Shown here one piece after another: positions 1 to 13,529 of a DNA stretch of 64,000 bases. Made by a program: the position numbers and the translations under genes. Within the stretch, counting starts at the first letter, position 1, and each line of letters starts with the position of its first letter. The notes beneath the pieces were generated by a model. That model was not told the DNA's origin and did not search any database. It was given only the letters and a program-made list of their open reading frames with translations. Origin of the DNA: Okamejei kenojei. Lineage: Eukaryota. The stretch is taken from the NCBI GenBank assembly GCA_035221665.1, contig CM069133.1, positions 126,604,001 through 126,668,000 on the forward strand, given 5' to 3'.

Positions 1-91
1 CACCCCTCTCCCCCCCACAAACCCCCACCCTCACAAACCCCTCCCCCACACAACCCCCCCCCCCCCCCCCCCCCCACCACCACCCACACAC

Positions 92-228
92 CAGGTTTGT
101 AGGTTAATTGGCTTTTGGAAATTTTAAATGGTCCATAGTGTGTAGGATAGAGCTAGTGTGCAGGGTGATCGCTGGTCCGCACTGACTCAGTGGGCCGATG
201 GACCTGTTTCAAAGCTGTATCTCTAAGT
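92..228 (+). mobile_element. V-SINE (HE1-like), 3' part only
   Basis: caggtttgtaggttaattggc core plus the CR1-like tail gggccgatggacctgtttcaaagctgtatctctaa; matches the 3' half of the copy at 847-1159. Confidence 0.75.
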
Positions 229-846
229 CTTAGCACTCACACATGCAAGACTCTCCACTCCAGCCAAATTCTCTTCAGCACATCTGCCCACACAACGCAC
301 CTTTCACCACCTCCTTCCGATTCATGCTGCAGCTTCTCCTGCATCCCCACGCTTCTATCCCCTTGCACAAATACCTCCTTCTGGCATCTCCCCCACATGC
401 CCTTTGTGCAAGGGAATAATTGTACCACAGTGCGAAGCTTGCTGACATCACCACTTTGGCTGAGTTAGAACAGCATTTTGAGCTTCAGCCAATCTGCTGT
501 TTATTGTGATTTAAGATCAAAGAAGACATTTTTACAGTACCCCAAAGAACATTCTATAAAGTTCTCCATTGATCATTTAATTAAATTAGTTACAGCTGGC
601 TTTAATAATTCTCACTACCCTGTGCTTCAATCATTTAATTACAATCTATAATGAGCGAATGCTCTGCAGGAATTCATTCTTGCTGAAAGCACTCCACAGT
701 CGATCGATTCTCCCCTCTGATCACCTGGCAAGCAACGACACCCAGCGAACATACCATAAAACTTGCAAACTCCCATATATCAAGACACGCTTAGTTGAGA
801 CCATCACTTTCACATTATACAGGATGTATATGGTGCAGCATGTATA

Positions 847-1159
847 ACGGTACGCAGCGGTAGAGTTGCTGCCTTGCAGCAAATGCAGCGCTGGAGACCC
901 GGGTTCGATCCCGACTACGGGTGCTGTCTGTACGGAGTTTGTACATTCTCCCCGTAACCTGCGTGGATTTTCTCCGAGATCTTTGGTTTCCTCCCACACT
1001 CCAAAGACGTACAGGTATGTAGGTTAATTGGCTTGGTGAATGTAAAAAAAATTGTCCCAAGTGCATGTAGGATCGTGTTAATGTGCGGGGATTGCTGGTC
1101 GGCACGGACCCGGTGGGCCAAAGGGCCTGTTTGCACGCTGCATCTCTAAACTAAACTAA
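847..1159 (+). mobile_element. tRNA-derived V-SINE (HE1-like), near full length
   Basis: tRNA-like head with B box ggttcgatccc (902-912), V-domain gagtttgtacattctcccc...ggtttcctcccacactccaaagacgt, CR1-like 3' tail ending in (ctaaa)n. Confidence 0.85.
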
Positions 1160-1729
1160 GCTGAGGCCAGTTAAACAGATTTGATGGAACATTGAGGGGA
1201 ATCCTGATTTTATTTTTATTTTGAAGTTCAGTTAGTAACATTTTGGAACAAATGCAACTCAACTGTATTCGGGCGACTGGCCAGCTATGCATGTATGAAA
1301 ATGCCTAATTTTCTTACATCGAAGCAGTTTATGCTGCTTATTCAACAAGGCACAGATGTTTTTTTTTAACTTTTCAGCTGTAACCAGTGGCTACGTGGCT
1401 TATGACACGCCTTAACATTAAGCATAGCTTTTGTCAGAAGTAATAGCCAGAAATGTACGTGTACGTGTACAATGATAGCTGTTTAAAATTATTTATCTTC
1501 AACATCCACGGCTTTCTTAACTAAGCGCTAAATATTTTTGCAGAATATTGCAAAATTGGTCCAATCCACCTGGCTTTAAAATGGTTATTTTTCCACAGTA
1601 CATACCCAAAATATTCTGAGAAATTTATTACAAAGCATAATGCAAATTTTGTTTAAATAGATGAAAATGGTATTATTAATTTCAGGCAGTCTGCTCATGT
1701 TTCACCCAAATTCCAGGGTAACTGAGGCA

Positions 1730-2500
1730 AATGTGATGGCCAAAGAGGAACAGCAGACTCTTCCACAGATTGGGCAGGACCCACTTGATGGATCAGCCAG
1801 CTGGATCATTTGAGGTAATGTGCTCTTTCTCCCACTCGTCTCCTGAAGACTGGAGAACCGAAGAGGAGGGAGCCGGTGACGGTCTACGAGAACCAAGGCC
1901 GGTAGGAAAGTGAACTTCATGTCGATTTTTTTATCTGGGGCATACGACTCTTACCAGGTCGGCAGCAGGAGGTGCCCCAGGGCACAAAGGTGATCGGATG
2001 GGAAGAGGACCATCAGTGCGCTAAACGATTCAGGGGCTCCCCTGGATCGGGCGCTACTCCATAAGACGTAGCGCGCGGACTGGACTTTGGAAATGGTGTC
2101 AAATCTGGCGGCTTGAAAAAATGTCACTATATTTTGCCCATGAAACAATAAAGCAATATTGAACATGCAGGCACTTTGCATGTTGAGGATTAAGATTCTC
2201 TATATCGTCCTGAATGTACTTTCTATTCTTGGAGAGGTTACGAGAGGGAGATCTCAAGGAATCAATGGAGATATAATATTTCTGCAAGGAGCTTTGTCTG
2301 ATAATATCTTCCCATGAAACATTTCAGATTAGTGTGTATCTTGTGGAATTTGGGAATACGAATGAAGGACCATCAAAACTAAGCCAGAGTCTCCAATAAT
2401 ACTGGTGACATTGGCCTGGGAGAGGACACTAGTATTGGTTTGCTTATCCTTCCAGTGAATTTGCAGTGGTAATATTTTCCAGCGCCTTGAACTGTCTGCT
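1730..2500 (-). mobile_element. Degraded RTE-like LINE 3' end, interrupted by an unrelated segment
   Basis: Minus-strand remnants QIHWKDKQTNTSVLSQANVTSI (~2400-2465) and CPICGRVC (~1750-1780) resemble RTE ORF C-termini; heavily frameshifted. Confidence 0.45.
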
Positions 2501-3799
2501 CTAGGTAATCAGGAGCGTATACAGTAGGTGGGCAGGAATTACTATTGTTCAAAAGACCATATGTGTTGTCCCAGGTATGAGGTTTTCAACATAAAACTGA
2601 AGATTTTCTGAAGAAGGGTCCCGACCCAAAACGTCATCTATCCATTTTCTCCAGAGTTATTCCATTGTTTTGTGTCTATCTTTGAAGATTAGATTAAACA
2701 GATTAGAAATAACTATTTGACTTCATAAGATATACATGCGTTGTGCCACACAAATAAAATGTTGTTCGGGAATTCACCATGCGCACATACAGGCTGCTAG
2801 TTCAAGAGCTGAATTTGTCAGTGATACATGTCTATCGGCAACATTAACATGGCACAAGAGAAACAGGAACAAAGAGACACTTGGAATTTGGATGAATTAG
2901 TTAACCAATCCTCGTCCACCATTAATTACTATTTGCAAATTGTTTTAAACAGCTGACTTCAGCCAAAACCTCTCCAATAGATCTCTTTGAAATAGATTTT
3001 AACAACACCAATAATAATTTAATTTCAAATACATCACTTCCCTAAAATCGAAAACAGCACTGAATGAGAAGGGAGTCAATCTGCACTACACCACATCTGC
3101 CCTATATAGCACTGGTGTTTAATTCAGCCAATCGATCACAGTAGCTTTCTGCAGCTGAAGAATACATTCCCAATTTTGTGATAGTATTGATTTCTACAAC
3201 TATGTTTTAGAACGAATGAAGTTCCAATTGCACTTTGTTCTCCTTTTCAAACCATCAAATCTTCAAATTACTAATGTGACTGCTTGGAACCAATTCCACT
3301 GGATAAGGAAACACGGAGACTTCAAAGCCCACTGCGTGCGAGTTTCTAAATGGAATGAACACGATGTCTGACAACACACCAGTGGAAAACTGAAAATAAC
3401 TTTTCCATGGTATAAACAGAAATGATTTAGTTTCTCCAAATTAGAGAAGGCCTCATCACCAGTACCAGATGCAAACATGATACTGGAGAAGTGTGAGTGA
3501 ATTACTGGTTTGCATGATATCTTCCTTAACTATTACAATACAAGATACCCTGTTGACTCCTTGCTGGATCGCAGCAAAGTAATCATATCAGTTCCACTCC
3601 CCCTCTGTCTGCAGTTTAACACACTTTCTTTCTCATTTTTCCACTTCTGTCGAGCCAAGACTTAAGATGCATTTCTCTTCCCATGAATACTGAATTACCT
3701 ACTGAGCACTCCAGCATATATGTTTTTTTAATATAATGGATTGGCAGCATTTGTAGATTTAACCCTATTTCGTTTCATGGCACTCAACATGTGAAACAT

Positions 3800-4730
3800 A
3801 CAAGATCCTGAGGGATTGTGACAAGATGTTACCTCTGGTATGAGAATGTATATGCAGGGTCAATGTTTAAAAAATAAGGAATTACCAATTTACTTCCGAT
3901 TTTTTTCTAATAGCCGTCATAAGTCTCTGGAGCGCTTTCTCGTAAGCTAGTGGAATCTTCTTTGATGGAGATTCTTGATAAGCAAGAATGGTTACTGAGA
4001 GGAACGTCAGAGGTTGAGGGGAGCCTTGATAGAAGTATATAAAATTATGAGAGGCATAGATAGGGTAAACAAGGGTAGGACCAAGGTAGGGTAGGACCAA
4101 GCGTAGGCTTGGCGATCGCTTTGCCCAACACCTCCGCTCAGTTCGCATTAACCAACCTGATCTCCTGGTGGCTCAGCACTTCAACTCCACCTCCCATTCC
4201 GAATCTGACTTTTTTGTCCTGGGCCTACTCCATGGCCAGAGTGAGTCTCACCGTAAATTGGAGGAGCAGCACCTCATATTTTGCTTGGGTAGTTTACACC
4301 CCAGCGGTATGAACACTGACTTCTCCAATTTCAAGTAATCCTTGCTTTCTCCCTCCTTCCCCTCCCCTTCCCAGCTCTCCCACAGCCTACTGTCTCCGCC
4401 TCTTCCTTTCTCCTTCCCGCCTCCCCCCCCACCCTTACATCAGTCTGAAGAAGGGTCTCAACCCGAAACGTCACATATTCCATCGCCCCATAGATGCTGC
4501 CTCACCTGCTGTGCTTCTCCAGCATTTATGTCTACCTTTAAACCTTTAGCCCAGGTTGGAAATGTCCACCATTAGAGGGGATATCGACAAGGTGAGAGGG
4601 GGGAGAGTTTAATGGACATATGCAATTCAAGATTTTTTTTTACTAAACACAGTAGTCAAGGCTAGGAATGTATTGCCAGGGGTGATGGTGCAGACAGATA
4701 TGAATAAGTGCAGGGAAAAGAGGAATATGG
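3800..4730 (+). mobile_element. CR1 LINE 3' fragments split by a Penelope insertion
   Basis: LIEVYKIMRGIDRV-type coding at ~4025-4070, resuming after 4540. Confidence 0.6.
4090..4540 (+). mobile_element. Penelope-like element 3' fragment (GIY-YIG C-terminus plus terminal repeat)
   Basis: TKRRLGDRFAQHL...VAQHFNS...RKLEEQHLIFCLGSLHPSGMN, followed by the terminal motif ctgaagaagggtctcaacccgaaacgtc at 4445-4472. Confidence 0.8.
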
Positions 4731-4744
4731 TATCAAGTGTGTTC

Positions 4745-5940
4745 CTGTGATGGTGCCTACCTGCGGCGACATTTTGCAAACGGCACAAAGAAAAACATTA
4801 AGATACAGCATTTATGAACCTGCATCAGAAAATCCACTGAAATCAACGCCGTAAATAGCGAGCTGCTAGCGCATTTAAATGCATGAGCGCTACTGAGAAC
4901 TCCCGATGTTAGTGCCGGTAAGGGAATCCCCTATCACAGGGGAATCCCCAACCTCGCGGAGGCGCGCAGGTACAGTAAGAACCTTACCTGCAAACACTGG
5001 GGAGGCCCTCAGGGAGTCCAGAATCGAGACTGCAACGGAGCTGGAGGTGTCGACTGTATGGGAATTCCCCGACCTCACGGAGAACCGTAAGTATCTTCAA
5101 ACATCGAGGAGGGCTCCATGGAGTACGGAAACATGGCTGTCGGGCAGGACTTCAGGTCAGACTGAAGTGGAGGGGACTTCGGCCCCCTCTCCTTACTATC
5201 CTACTGGGCAACGTACAGTAACTAGAAAACAGTGGAGGACTTATGGGCAAGGCTGCGTTATCAAAGGGAGCTGAGGGAATGCTCTGTGTTCTGTTTCACA
5301 GAGACATGGCTCACCCCCAGCTCCCCAGACTCAGCGGTCCTGCCTGAAGGGTTCTCCACCCACCGTATGGACTATACACATGCATCTGGAAAAGGGAGAG
5401 GAGGGGGCGTCTGCCTCATGGTCAACTCTGCGTGGTGCTCAGGCATGGCAGTCCTTTCCAACTCCTGCTCTCCACACCTCGAACATCTGGCGGTGAAGTG
5501 CCGTCCCTTCTACCTTCTGAGGGAATTCACCTCCGTCATTCTGACCGTGGTCCACATCCCACCCCAGGCAGACGTCCGTCTGGCACTGGAGGAACTGCAC
5601 GCCGTGGTCATCAAACACCAGTCGTCTTACCCCAAGGCATTTGCCACCATAGCTGGGGTCTTCAATAAAGCAAACCTTCCTTCATAACTGCTTCCCCACA
5701 ACCATCAGGCTATTAAACTCAACTCAAACAAAACTCTGAACATTAATAGACCATTATCAGTTTATTTGCACTTTATCTGTTTTTTTTATCCATGTGTGTA
5801 TATATTTATATAATGGTATATGGACACACTGATCTGTTCTGTATTCATGCCTACTATATTCTGTTGTGCTGAAGCATAGCAAGAATTTCATTGTCCCATT
5901 TTATGGGACACATGACAATAAACTTTCTTGAATCTTGAAT
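4745..5940 (+). mobile_element. Rex1/Babar-type LINE with internal deletion (APE endonuclease joined to the 3' end, RT missing)
   Basis: ORF 5232-5687 has CSVFCFTETWL...GRGGGVCLMVN...CRPFYLLREFTSVILTVVHIPP...IAGVFN (APE domain). It is followed at once by the ORF-terminal motif CFPTTIRLLN, a 3' UTR, AATAAA and a (tcttgaa)n tail. Confidence 0.75.
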
Positions 5941-6064
5941 ATGTTCTGTTCTACGAACCAAGTGGTCTACTCCTGTGCCATATCGGTATCTTTGTATACA
6001 AGATGGCTTTATGTGTTGAGATGGTGACAAAATCCTTGCTGGTGTTTGGACAGTGACAATGATG

Positions 6065-6310
6065 AATCTGAGCATAGAGTTTGTGATATTGACCTCTCCA
6101 ATTTCAGCTAGTCCTGGCTTTCTCCCTCCTTCCCCTCCCCTTCCCAGCTCTCCCACAGCCTACTGTCTCCACCTCATTCTTTCTTGTTCCCATCCCCCCC
6201 CTCCCCGACATCAATCTCGAGGAGGGTCTCAACCTGAAACATCGCCTATTCCATCTCCCCATAGATGCGGCCTCACCCGCTCAGTTTCTCCAGCTTTCTT
6301 GTCTACCTTT
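6065..6310 (+). mobile_element. Penelope-like terminal fragment
   Basis: Near-collinear with 4310-4540. Confidence 0.7.
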
Positions 6311-6319
6311 TTGAAGAGC

Positions 6320-6486
6320 TTGTTGTCTTTGCCAGGTGATGGAAGGTTCTCTAATGGTTCTCGTAAGCTGTAGCTGGTGCTGACTGGTGAATTTAATTGG
6401 GGAAAAAAACATAAGCAGCAGCTTTCAGAAGCAAGGATAAGCGAATGGTAATGTTAAATGTCCGCCGAACTTCACAGCCGTGTATC

Positions 6487-6488
<2 letters not shown>
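6320..6488 (+). mobile_element. Internal fragment of the TIR MITE family seen at 24872-25645
   Basis: gctgactggtgaattt...ccgaacttcacagccgtgtatc aligns by eye to ~25120-25270. Confidence 0.6.
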
Positions 6489-6558
<70 letters not shown>

Positions 6559-6560
6559 GT
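6488..6560. repeat. (TG)n microsatellite
   Basis: Directly visible. Confidence 0.95.
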
Positions 6561-6639
6561 GATCTGCATACTCAGCAGATACCATTCTGCGTAGGCCTCC
6601 CATAGTACATGCATGTAGAGGATCGACAAATCTGTCTTC

Positions 6640-7290
6640 ATCATATGCTCAGTGATGAATAGAGTCAACAACTTCAAGTTCCTAGATGTGCATGCCTCAG
6701 AAGATCTGTCCTGGACCCATCACAATGATGCAATCATGAAGAATGCCCATCAATACCTCTACTTCCTCAGGAAATTGAGGTGATTCAAATACTCTCTTGA
6801 ACTTCGACATGCTCCCTTCTTCAGTGAAGAGCATGTTGACTGGTTGCATCACGACTTCATTTGGCAATTTGAACGCACAGAAATGAAAGTGATTACAAAA
6901 AGTGGTGAACACTGTCCGATCGTTCACGGGTACTGACCTCCTCACCACCCAAGGGATCTACAGGAGGCACTGTCTCGAAAAGCAGTCAGTACTATTAAGG
7001 ACCTACACCACCCTAGCCACACATACATTTCATTCCTGTCATCAAGAAGGTGGCAGAGGTGTCTGAAAACTGTAACGTCCATGTTCAGAAACAGCTTCTT
7101 TCCAACAACCATCGCGTTATTGAACACTACGAACTCCAACTTAACGCAAACTGCCTTGGGTGCACAAGGGACTTTGGGCTTTGTTTTATTTTTTGCACTA
7201 GATTGGTCATTTAATTTGTTGAACGTTAAAATAGTATTATAATAGCTATTAGGTACTGTGCTTACAAACCTGTTGTGCTGCTACTGAAAA
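6640..7290 (+). mobile_element. Rex1/Babar-type LINE, RT 3' fragment
   Basis: RVNNFKFLDVH...YLYFLRKLR...SMLTGCITTSFGN...KDLHHPSH...RNSFFPTTIALLN. Confidence 0.7.
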
Positions 7291-9061
7291 TATCCTAATT
7301 AACAATAAATTATAATGTAAGATATTTTATTAAGTAAAGAGTAATTTGACTTTTTTGGGTTCTGAATAAATTGAAGTTTTATAATTCTATACTATACTGG
7401 AGGAGCTGGGTAATCAGGAACTTGGAGGCCTGCATATGAGCTGCTTCCTGTTAAGCCCCAGCAGGAGACGATTGACAATGGTGGGAGAGGATGTATTTCC
7501 TGGGAGGTTGGTGGTTTCTGTAAACAGAAATCATCTGGCTGTGGCTGATATTGATGATTACATTGTTAAGACAAAATTGCAAATGTTGGGCTTTTGACTA
7601 AGTTCCTGTTGTTTAGGTTTTGTGATCAACAGTTTGTGATTGATATAACCATGGATGGCAAGTAATGCATTAGTGACAAGTATACTTTGAATGGGTAAAG
7701 CCTGCGATTGATTTGTGTGAAACTCTGTATAAACGTGTGACTACATTTCCAAAACACTATAAAATATGTTGTATGTCTTCATTCATTACAGTGGTATCTT
7801 GGGAGAACCGGAAGTATCACTGGATGCTTCTGGACTGTAACATCTCCAGCCACTTCCATCTGACGTAAAAGTAAAGATTGTATGGTTTACCTAACCTATT
7901 GTGAGTTGTCTGTTTTAAGAAATGAACCTTAACACTACAAGTAAGATAATTCTGTTTTGGCACACATGACAATAAAACACTCTTAATTCTCTCTTGATCA
8001 AGTCTCCACTCAGTCTCTTTTGCAACAAAAAAGCTATCACGCATTTATCCAATGACTACATTGACTAGCTTTTGGTTAATCATCTCAAAACAGCTTGCGG
8101 GTGTACTATCAAACAAGATTTACCATCATGCAACATATGGAATATGAATAAAAACATGGCAAAAAGAAAGGGACTAAAATAAGCATCTTAAGGTCTGAAC
8201 AGGAACAGATCAAGGTGATAGGACCAATTAGCAGCAAATATCACTGAATGGGAAAGAATGCAGGAAAGAGAGTTAAAGTCCAGCATTAGTAGTACACCAA
8301 GTAAAGCAGTTCACATCAGGACTCTAGAAAAATATATTTTTGGCAGCAAAATGTTTTCTTTTTCAGTTGTTGGCAAATAGAAATCAAATCAGAACCGGCG
8401 CATGATGTCAATATTCAACCCAACTTACATAAACTGAACTGACAGCCACATCATTGCGGTTATCATGGGCAAACAAGGTATGAAAGCAAAAAGGATGTTG
8501 TCCACCAAAGCTAAACATTCCACCAATTTTTTCAAGCTAGGTGGCACCAAACAGGAACTCTTGCTGTTCTTTCACAAGGTGCGTCAGTGAATAAATAGAA
8601 CATTTTTAGAATACTTCGGAAACTAATTCCGTTCAGAACTTTGTTGATTGAGAAATTATGGTACACCAGCAAATTTAGTGCTCTTCCCGTGTGGCCAGGA
8701 TGAGCTAGTTCTGCCAAATGTCTTGGCTTAATGGCTTTGCGAGAACCAACCTATCATTTCATAAGTAGGATAGGAAAAATGCTAACCTTTGGCAACCAAA
8801 GATTAAGACAGTCTCATAGAAGTCCAATGTTAATGTTTCCAAATTCATATTTTGGAAAGTGGATTTGTATCGCTCATTTTATGGACCCAAGCTAACATTT
8901 TTTGCATTACAGGACAAATTAGCATAATAAAAATCTGGAACAATCCTCCCAAAAGTGTACAAACCAAATGGAGTTGGAAATATGTCATAATAGTAAAATT
9001 ATAATAACATTTTAGCAACTAACAACATTGAAAAACTAAGAATTACTAAGGGAAGAAGAAG

Positions 9062-9645
9062 AAACAAGGAAATGCAGATGCCAGTTTACAAAAAAAAGAC
9101 ACAAAGTGCTGGGGTAACTCAGCATGTCAGGCAGCATCTCTGGCGAACATAAATAGGTGATGTTTCGGGCTTGGCTCCTTCTTCAGACTGATTGTGGCGG
9201 GAAAGGAAGGGATGGATGAAAGCTGGAAGAAAACAGGTGCAGTACAAAGCCTGGCAAAGAATAGGTGGATAAAGGTGAGGTGGAGAGGTGGGGTTTGCTA
9301 AACAGATGGTTGGAAGGCCAGAGATGAAAAGACAGAAGGTGTGCGACAAAAGGATTGAAGAATTGCGAATTGTGAAGCTAGAGGAATTAATGTACATGGA
9401 AGGGAAAGCGGAGGGTGGTTTGAAGTTACCCAAAATTGGAGAATTCAACGTTCATACTGTTGGGTTGTAAGCTACCCAAACAGATGAGGTGCTGTTCCTC
9501 CAGTTTGTGTGCTGTTCCTCCACTCCCGCAACGAAGGAGACCCTGGACAGAAAGGTCAGTACAAGAATGGGAAGGAGAGTTAAAGTGGATAGCTCTGGGA
9601 GATCCAGTAGGCCTTGTGTAAGTGTTCACAAAACGGTCGCTGAGT
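9062..9645 (-). mobile_element. Penelope-like 3' fragment
   Basis: HFNSPSHS...HKLEEQHLICLGSLQPNSMNVEFSNF (ORF 9426-9629) plus the terminal motif at ~9160-9190. Confidence 0.75.
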
Positions 9646-9954
9646 ATTAAGTAATAATATTCAGTGAACGTTTGACAAATGTTGCAACTTTGCGTGGAAA
9701 ATATTATGGTTCAATTATAACTGATACATGCATCATTTCTTTGCTGACACAAAAGTAGGCAGAATGCAACATGGCAAGTAAAAGTACACCATATAAGTTG
9801 CTAATAAATTCTTACAGTGAAAGAGGACCACTGATATAAAACTCTTATTTTGTTTAAAATCATAAGCAAACTGCTATTTTAGCCAAAGATTATGCAGACA
9901 GCACAAGGAACAAACGGGTTCTGATTTTACAGACACCTATGCCGATTTTGTTTT

Positions 9955-10690
9955 GTTCAGTTTATAGATACAAGGTGGAAACAAGCCCTTCGGCTCACTG
10001 AGTCTGCTTCGACCAGTGATCCCCGCACATTAACACTATCTTACACACACTAGGGACAACGATACTTATACCAAGCTAATTAACCTACAAACCTGTAGGT
10101 CTTTGAAGTGTGAGTGGAATCCAAAAATATCGGAGAAAAGCCACGCGGAGGACGTACAAATGCCCTAAGACAGGCACTCGCTGCCGGGTCGCTGGCACTC
10201 TAAAGGGCCTGTCCCACTTGGCCGTCATTTACGCGCCAGACCGGTAGTGACTGACACGCGACGGTCACCCGACGGTCGCGGGCGTCATTATGCGTCCGCA
10301 CAGCCGTCTGGCGCACGTCATCATGCGTACGCACAACCGTCTGGAGCGCGTGGTGTCATTTGAAGATAGGCACAAAATGCAGGAGTAACTCAGCGGGACC
10401 AGCAGCATCTCTGGAGAGAAGGAATGGATGGTGTTTCGGGTCGAGACTTTTCTTCAGTCTGAAGAAGGGTCTTGGGCCTGTCCCACTTTGGCCGTCAGTT
10501 ACACGACAGGCCGGTGGCACGCGAAGATTTCGTGCAGGACGAAGTCCACACTCCTTCATGCCACTCCAGACTCCTCCACACCACTCCATGCGCCCATCGC
10601 GCGCTACCCACACGCTAGCAGGTCGTGCAAATGGCGTGGGAATGACGGCCCTTAAGGCAGCAACTCTACCCTTGCACCACCATGCCACCC
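9955..10690 (-). mobile_element. V-SINE (HE1-like) split by a MITE insertion
   Basis: SINE body and tail at 9955-10200; SINE head (taaggcagcaactctacc...) at 10653-10690. Confidence 0.7.
10204..10652. mobile_element. gggcctgtcccact-type MITE containing a Penelope terminal piece (10360-10472)
   Basis: Terminus gggcctgtcccactt at 10205 and again at 10474; same terminus as 24872-25645. Confidence 0.6.
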
Positions 10691-13307
10691 TTGGGATGTC
10701 CACGTCAGAAAATATACAAAAATCACTTAATATGGTAACTACACTTCCACAGTATGGTCATAAATGGAATAAAAAATACATGTCTGTTAAGAAATAAAAA
10801 CGGAGAGAGAGAGAAAACTAGTTTTACCATTCATAGGAATGAATGCATGCGTGTACATCAAACTTTTAATTAGTGCCCTAAATCAAATACTAGTGATTGT
10901 AATGTTAAGTGCCATGTAATGACAGATATCATTTCCTTTGACATGTCTTTGCAGCATGTGTCTGTCATTATTCCTTGAAGAATCTAGCCAGCATTACATT
11001 CTACCATGGAAACCTGTTAAAGGTTGGGCAATGCAAAAGAAAAGTTGGCTAGTACCACACTGTGTCCCTTACACCAACCAAAAGTTGTATTAACATGTAA
11101 ATACAATTTTGAATCAGAACTATGAACTTCGAACAAATATTGTTATAACAGGCAGCTAGTCACTATTAAAAATGAAACTCCTAAAAATTGAAATATGATT
11201 TAATCACCACTATTGAATATTAAAACTGCCTGACAACTGTTTTATTTTTATTACAAACTTCACTTAAAAAAAAAATCAAAGCCATGAAACAAGTACATTG
11301 TTTCATAAATGGAAACAACAAAGTAAACATGATGAGAATTCTTGAAGCTGAAAAAGGAAAAATCTTCATAAGCAAAAATTGAGTTGTTTCAATCTAATTG
11401 TGTACAGCCATACTGACAGAAGTGAGCAAATACCACCTCCAAATATTGTTTCTGGATGAACCATCTGTTGCCAAGACCAAAATAATGGTTTATACCAAGA
11501 AATAGGTTCTTAATAATATGGGACATGAGGAAAAGAAATAAAAATTAGTGATCCAATTGCTTCAAAAAAGTTGCATACTATATGATCAAACAGAGCATTT
11601 GTATAAAAAGGCATGGATGTGTACTATTGATCGAATTTTGGAATAACATAACAATCAATTAAAACTTCAACATATTTAAATTGCAATGATGCCTTATACA
11701 CTGCGTGGTATTAATTACACAATTTAAATGACTAAATATATAGGGCAATTAGGAAGTGTGCTTTTTCACATTTAATTGCGTTCAGAAAATTAGAAGATCC
11801 ACCCTCGTCCATCAATTCCAGCCGCATAATAGAAACTAAGAACTGCAGAGAATTTGTACTGGGGTACAAATGGGGAGGTGTAGAACCTACACATGGTTTG
11901 GGAGCACAGGGATTTCAGTTAATGCTTCAAAGTTACACCTGCAGCAAAAGCCAGCAAATCTGTGTTCGTTTTTGAGAGGCAGGGAATGGGGAGGAAGATC
12001 AGCTTAAAGAAAAGCAAATTAAGATCAAGATGTTTTACGAGAAGAACATTTGTGAATGCAAACTTTGATTAAAGAAATTAATAAATCGAAAAGACTATTA
12101 TTTGGAAGCAGAGTTTTTCAGTCTTAAATGCACAAAAGAACCATGCATGTTCATTTGTCAGAGTTGAGTATTTACAGTGGACTCAATCCATTTTACACAA
12201 TATTGATGCCAAGAACTGCATACAATGCAAGTCTCCAACATTCCTGAATTTATATCCAAGGAGATTCTTATGATCTCACACTCAAATTTGGCCTTGAAAA
12301 ATGTTTCAGTGGTAAGGCTGCCAGAACTTTAATAAAGGCATAGCCCCTTCTTAGCAAACTATTGAGTGTCTAATGACGAATTGATTCTCTTCTTCTGCAG
12401 GATTACACTGGCCAGACAGGACAAACTTGGAAATAAAAAATTTGAAAGGGTCAAACACTGCAGCAAACAAGAAAAATTGGACTTGTAAGAGCACATCTTT
12501 GGTCCTGAGGAGCAGATTGTGACTCAGATGGTAAAACACTTGTCCGAGTCAAACGTGTGATGATTGCTCTTGGGAAACCTAGCACAAACTTCCAGGCAAA
12601 GACTATTGCACAACCGATAATGGTGCAACACTTTGCATTGTGCCCCCCCACAAACACTAATGCTCAGGGTTCCAGAAAATGGTCAGTTGAGTGCAGCATT
12701 CATCCGACTGTACAGGGCTCGAAATTAACGGTTGCCTGGGTGCCTATGGCCACCTAAAGTCCCGCCGGGCAACCTAACTGCCGAGTCATTTTACCCAGCT
12801 TGGCTTTGCAGATACTGGTTTATACCAAAGATAGATACAAAAAACTGGAGTAACTCAGTGGGTCAGGCAACGTCTCTGGAGAAAAGGAACGTTTCGTGTC
12901 GGCGACGGCTGTAGTGCGGGGCAAAGATACTAAGTGCGGGGTGAAGGAGGGTCGGAGCGAATGACGGGCCCCACACAGCAGCAGCGGCAGCGGCTCCACC
13001 TCCCGCACCCCGACCGCCCTGATAGCGGCCACTGCTTGCCACTCCGCCAACGGCGATAACCGCATTCAAAACAAACCCTCCCGCACACCGAGGCTGGGAG
13101 GAGGGAGGAGGAGGGTCGCTTCCGCCGGCACCTGCACCGCTCGGCCCCGCACCTTCCTGCTGGCTGGCGGAGGAGGGGAGGCGGTGGTGAGATCCCAACT
13201 GCCTCCCCCTTTGGAGGCTGCACTTGGCGGTGGACAGGGACGGCCAAGGCAGCGGGGGCGATGATGCCGGTGTTGTCCGAGGAGCGCTGACCTTCCTTCC
13301 TCCCCAC

Positions 13308-13375
<68 letters not shown>
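13308..13375. repeat. (CT)n microsatellite
   Basis: Directly visible. Confidence 0.95.
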
Positions 13376-13378
<3 letters not shown>

Positions 13379-13529
13379 ATGCCCTCTCTTCCACTCCCTC
13401 TTTACCGCTCTCTCCATCCCACACTCATTCTCTATTCTCCTCACTGACATCCCCTCTCCCCTCCCAATCTACTCCCCCCCCCCAATCTTCTCATCTCTGA
13501 TCTTCCACCTCACTCTCTACCACCCCCCC

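Noticed and set aside
847-920. tRNA gene
   Set aside because: tRNA-derived SINE head without a full cloverleaf; continues into the V-SINE body.
8429-8536. 108-nt exon-like segment as an annotated CDS
   Set aside because: Good donor but weak acceptor, two frames open and no recognisable homology; kept only as a candidate under the unidentified-gene finding.
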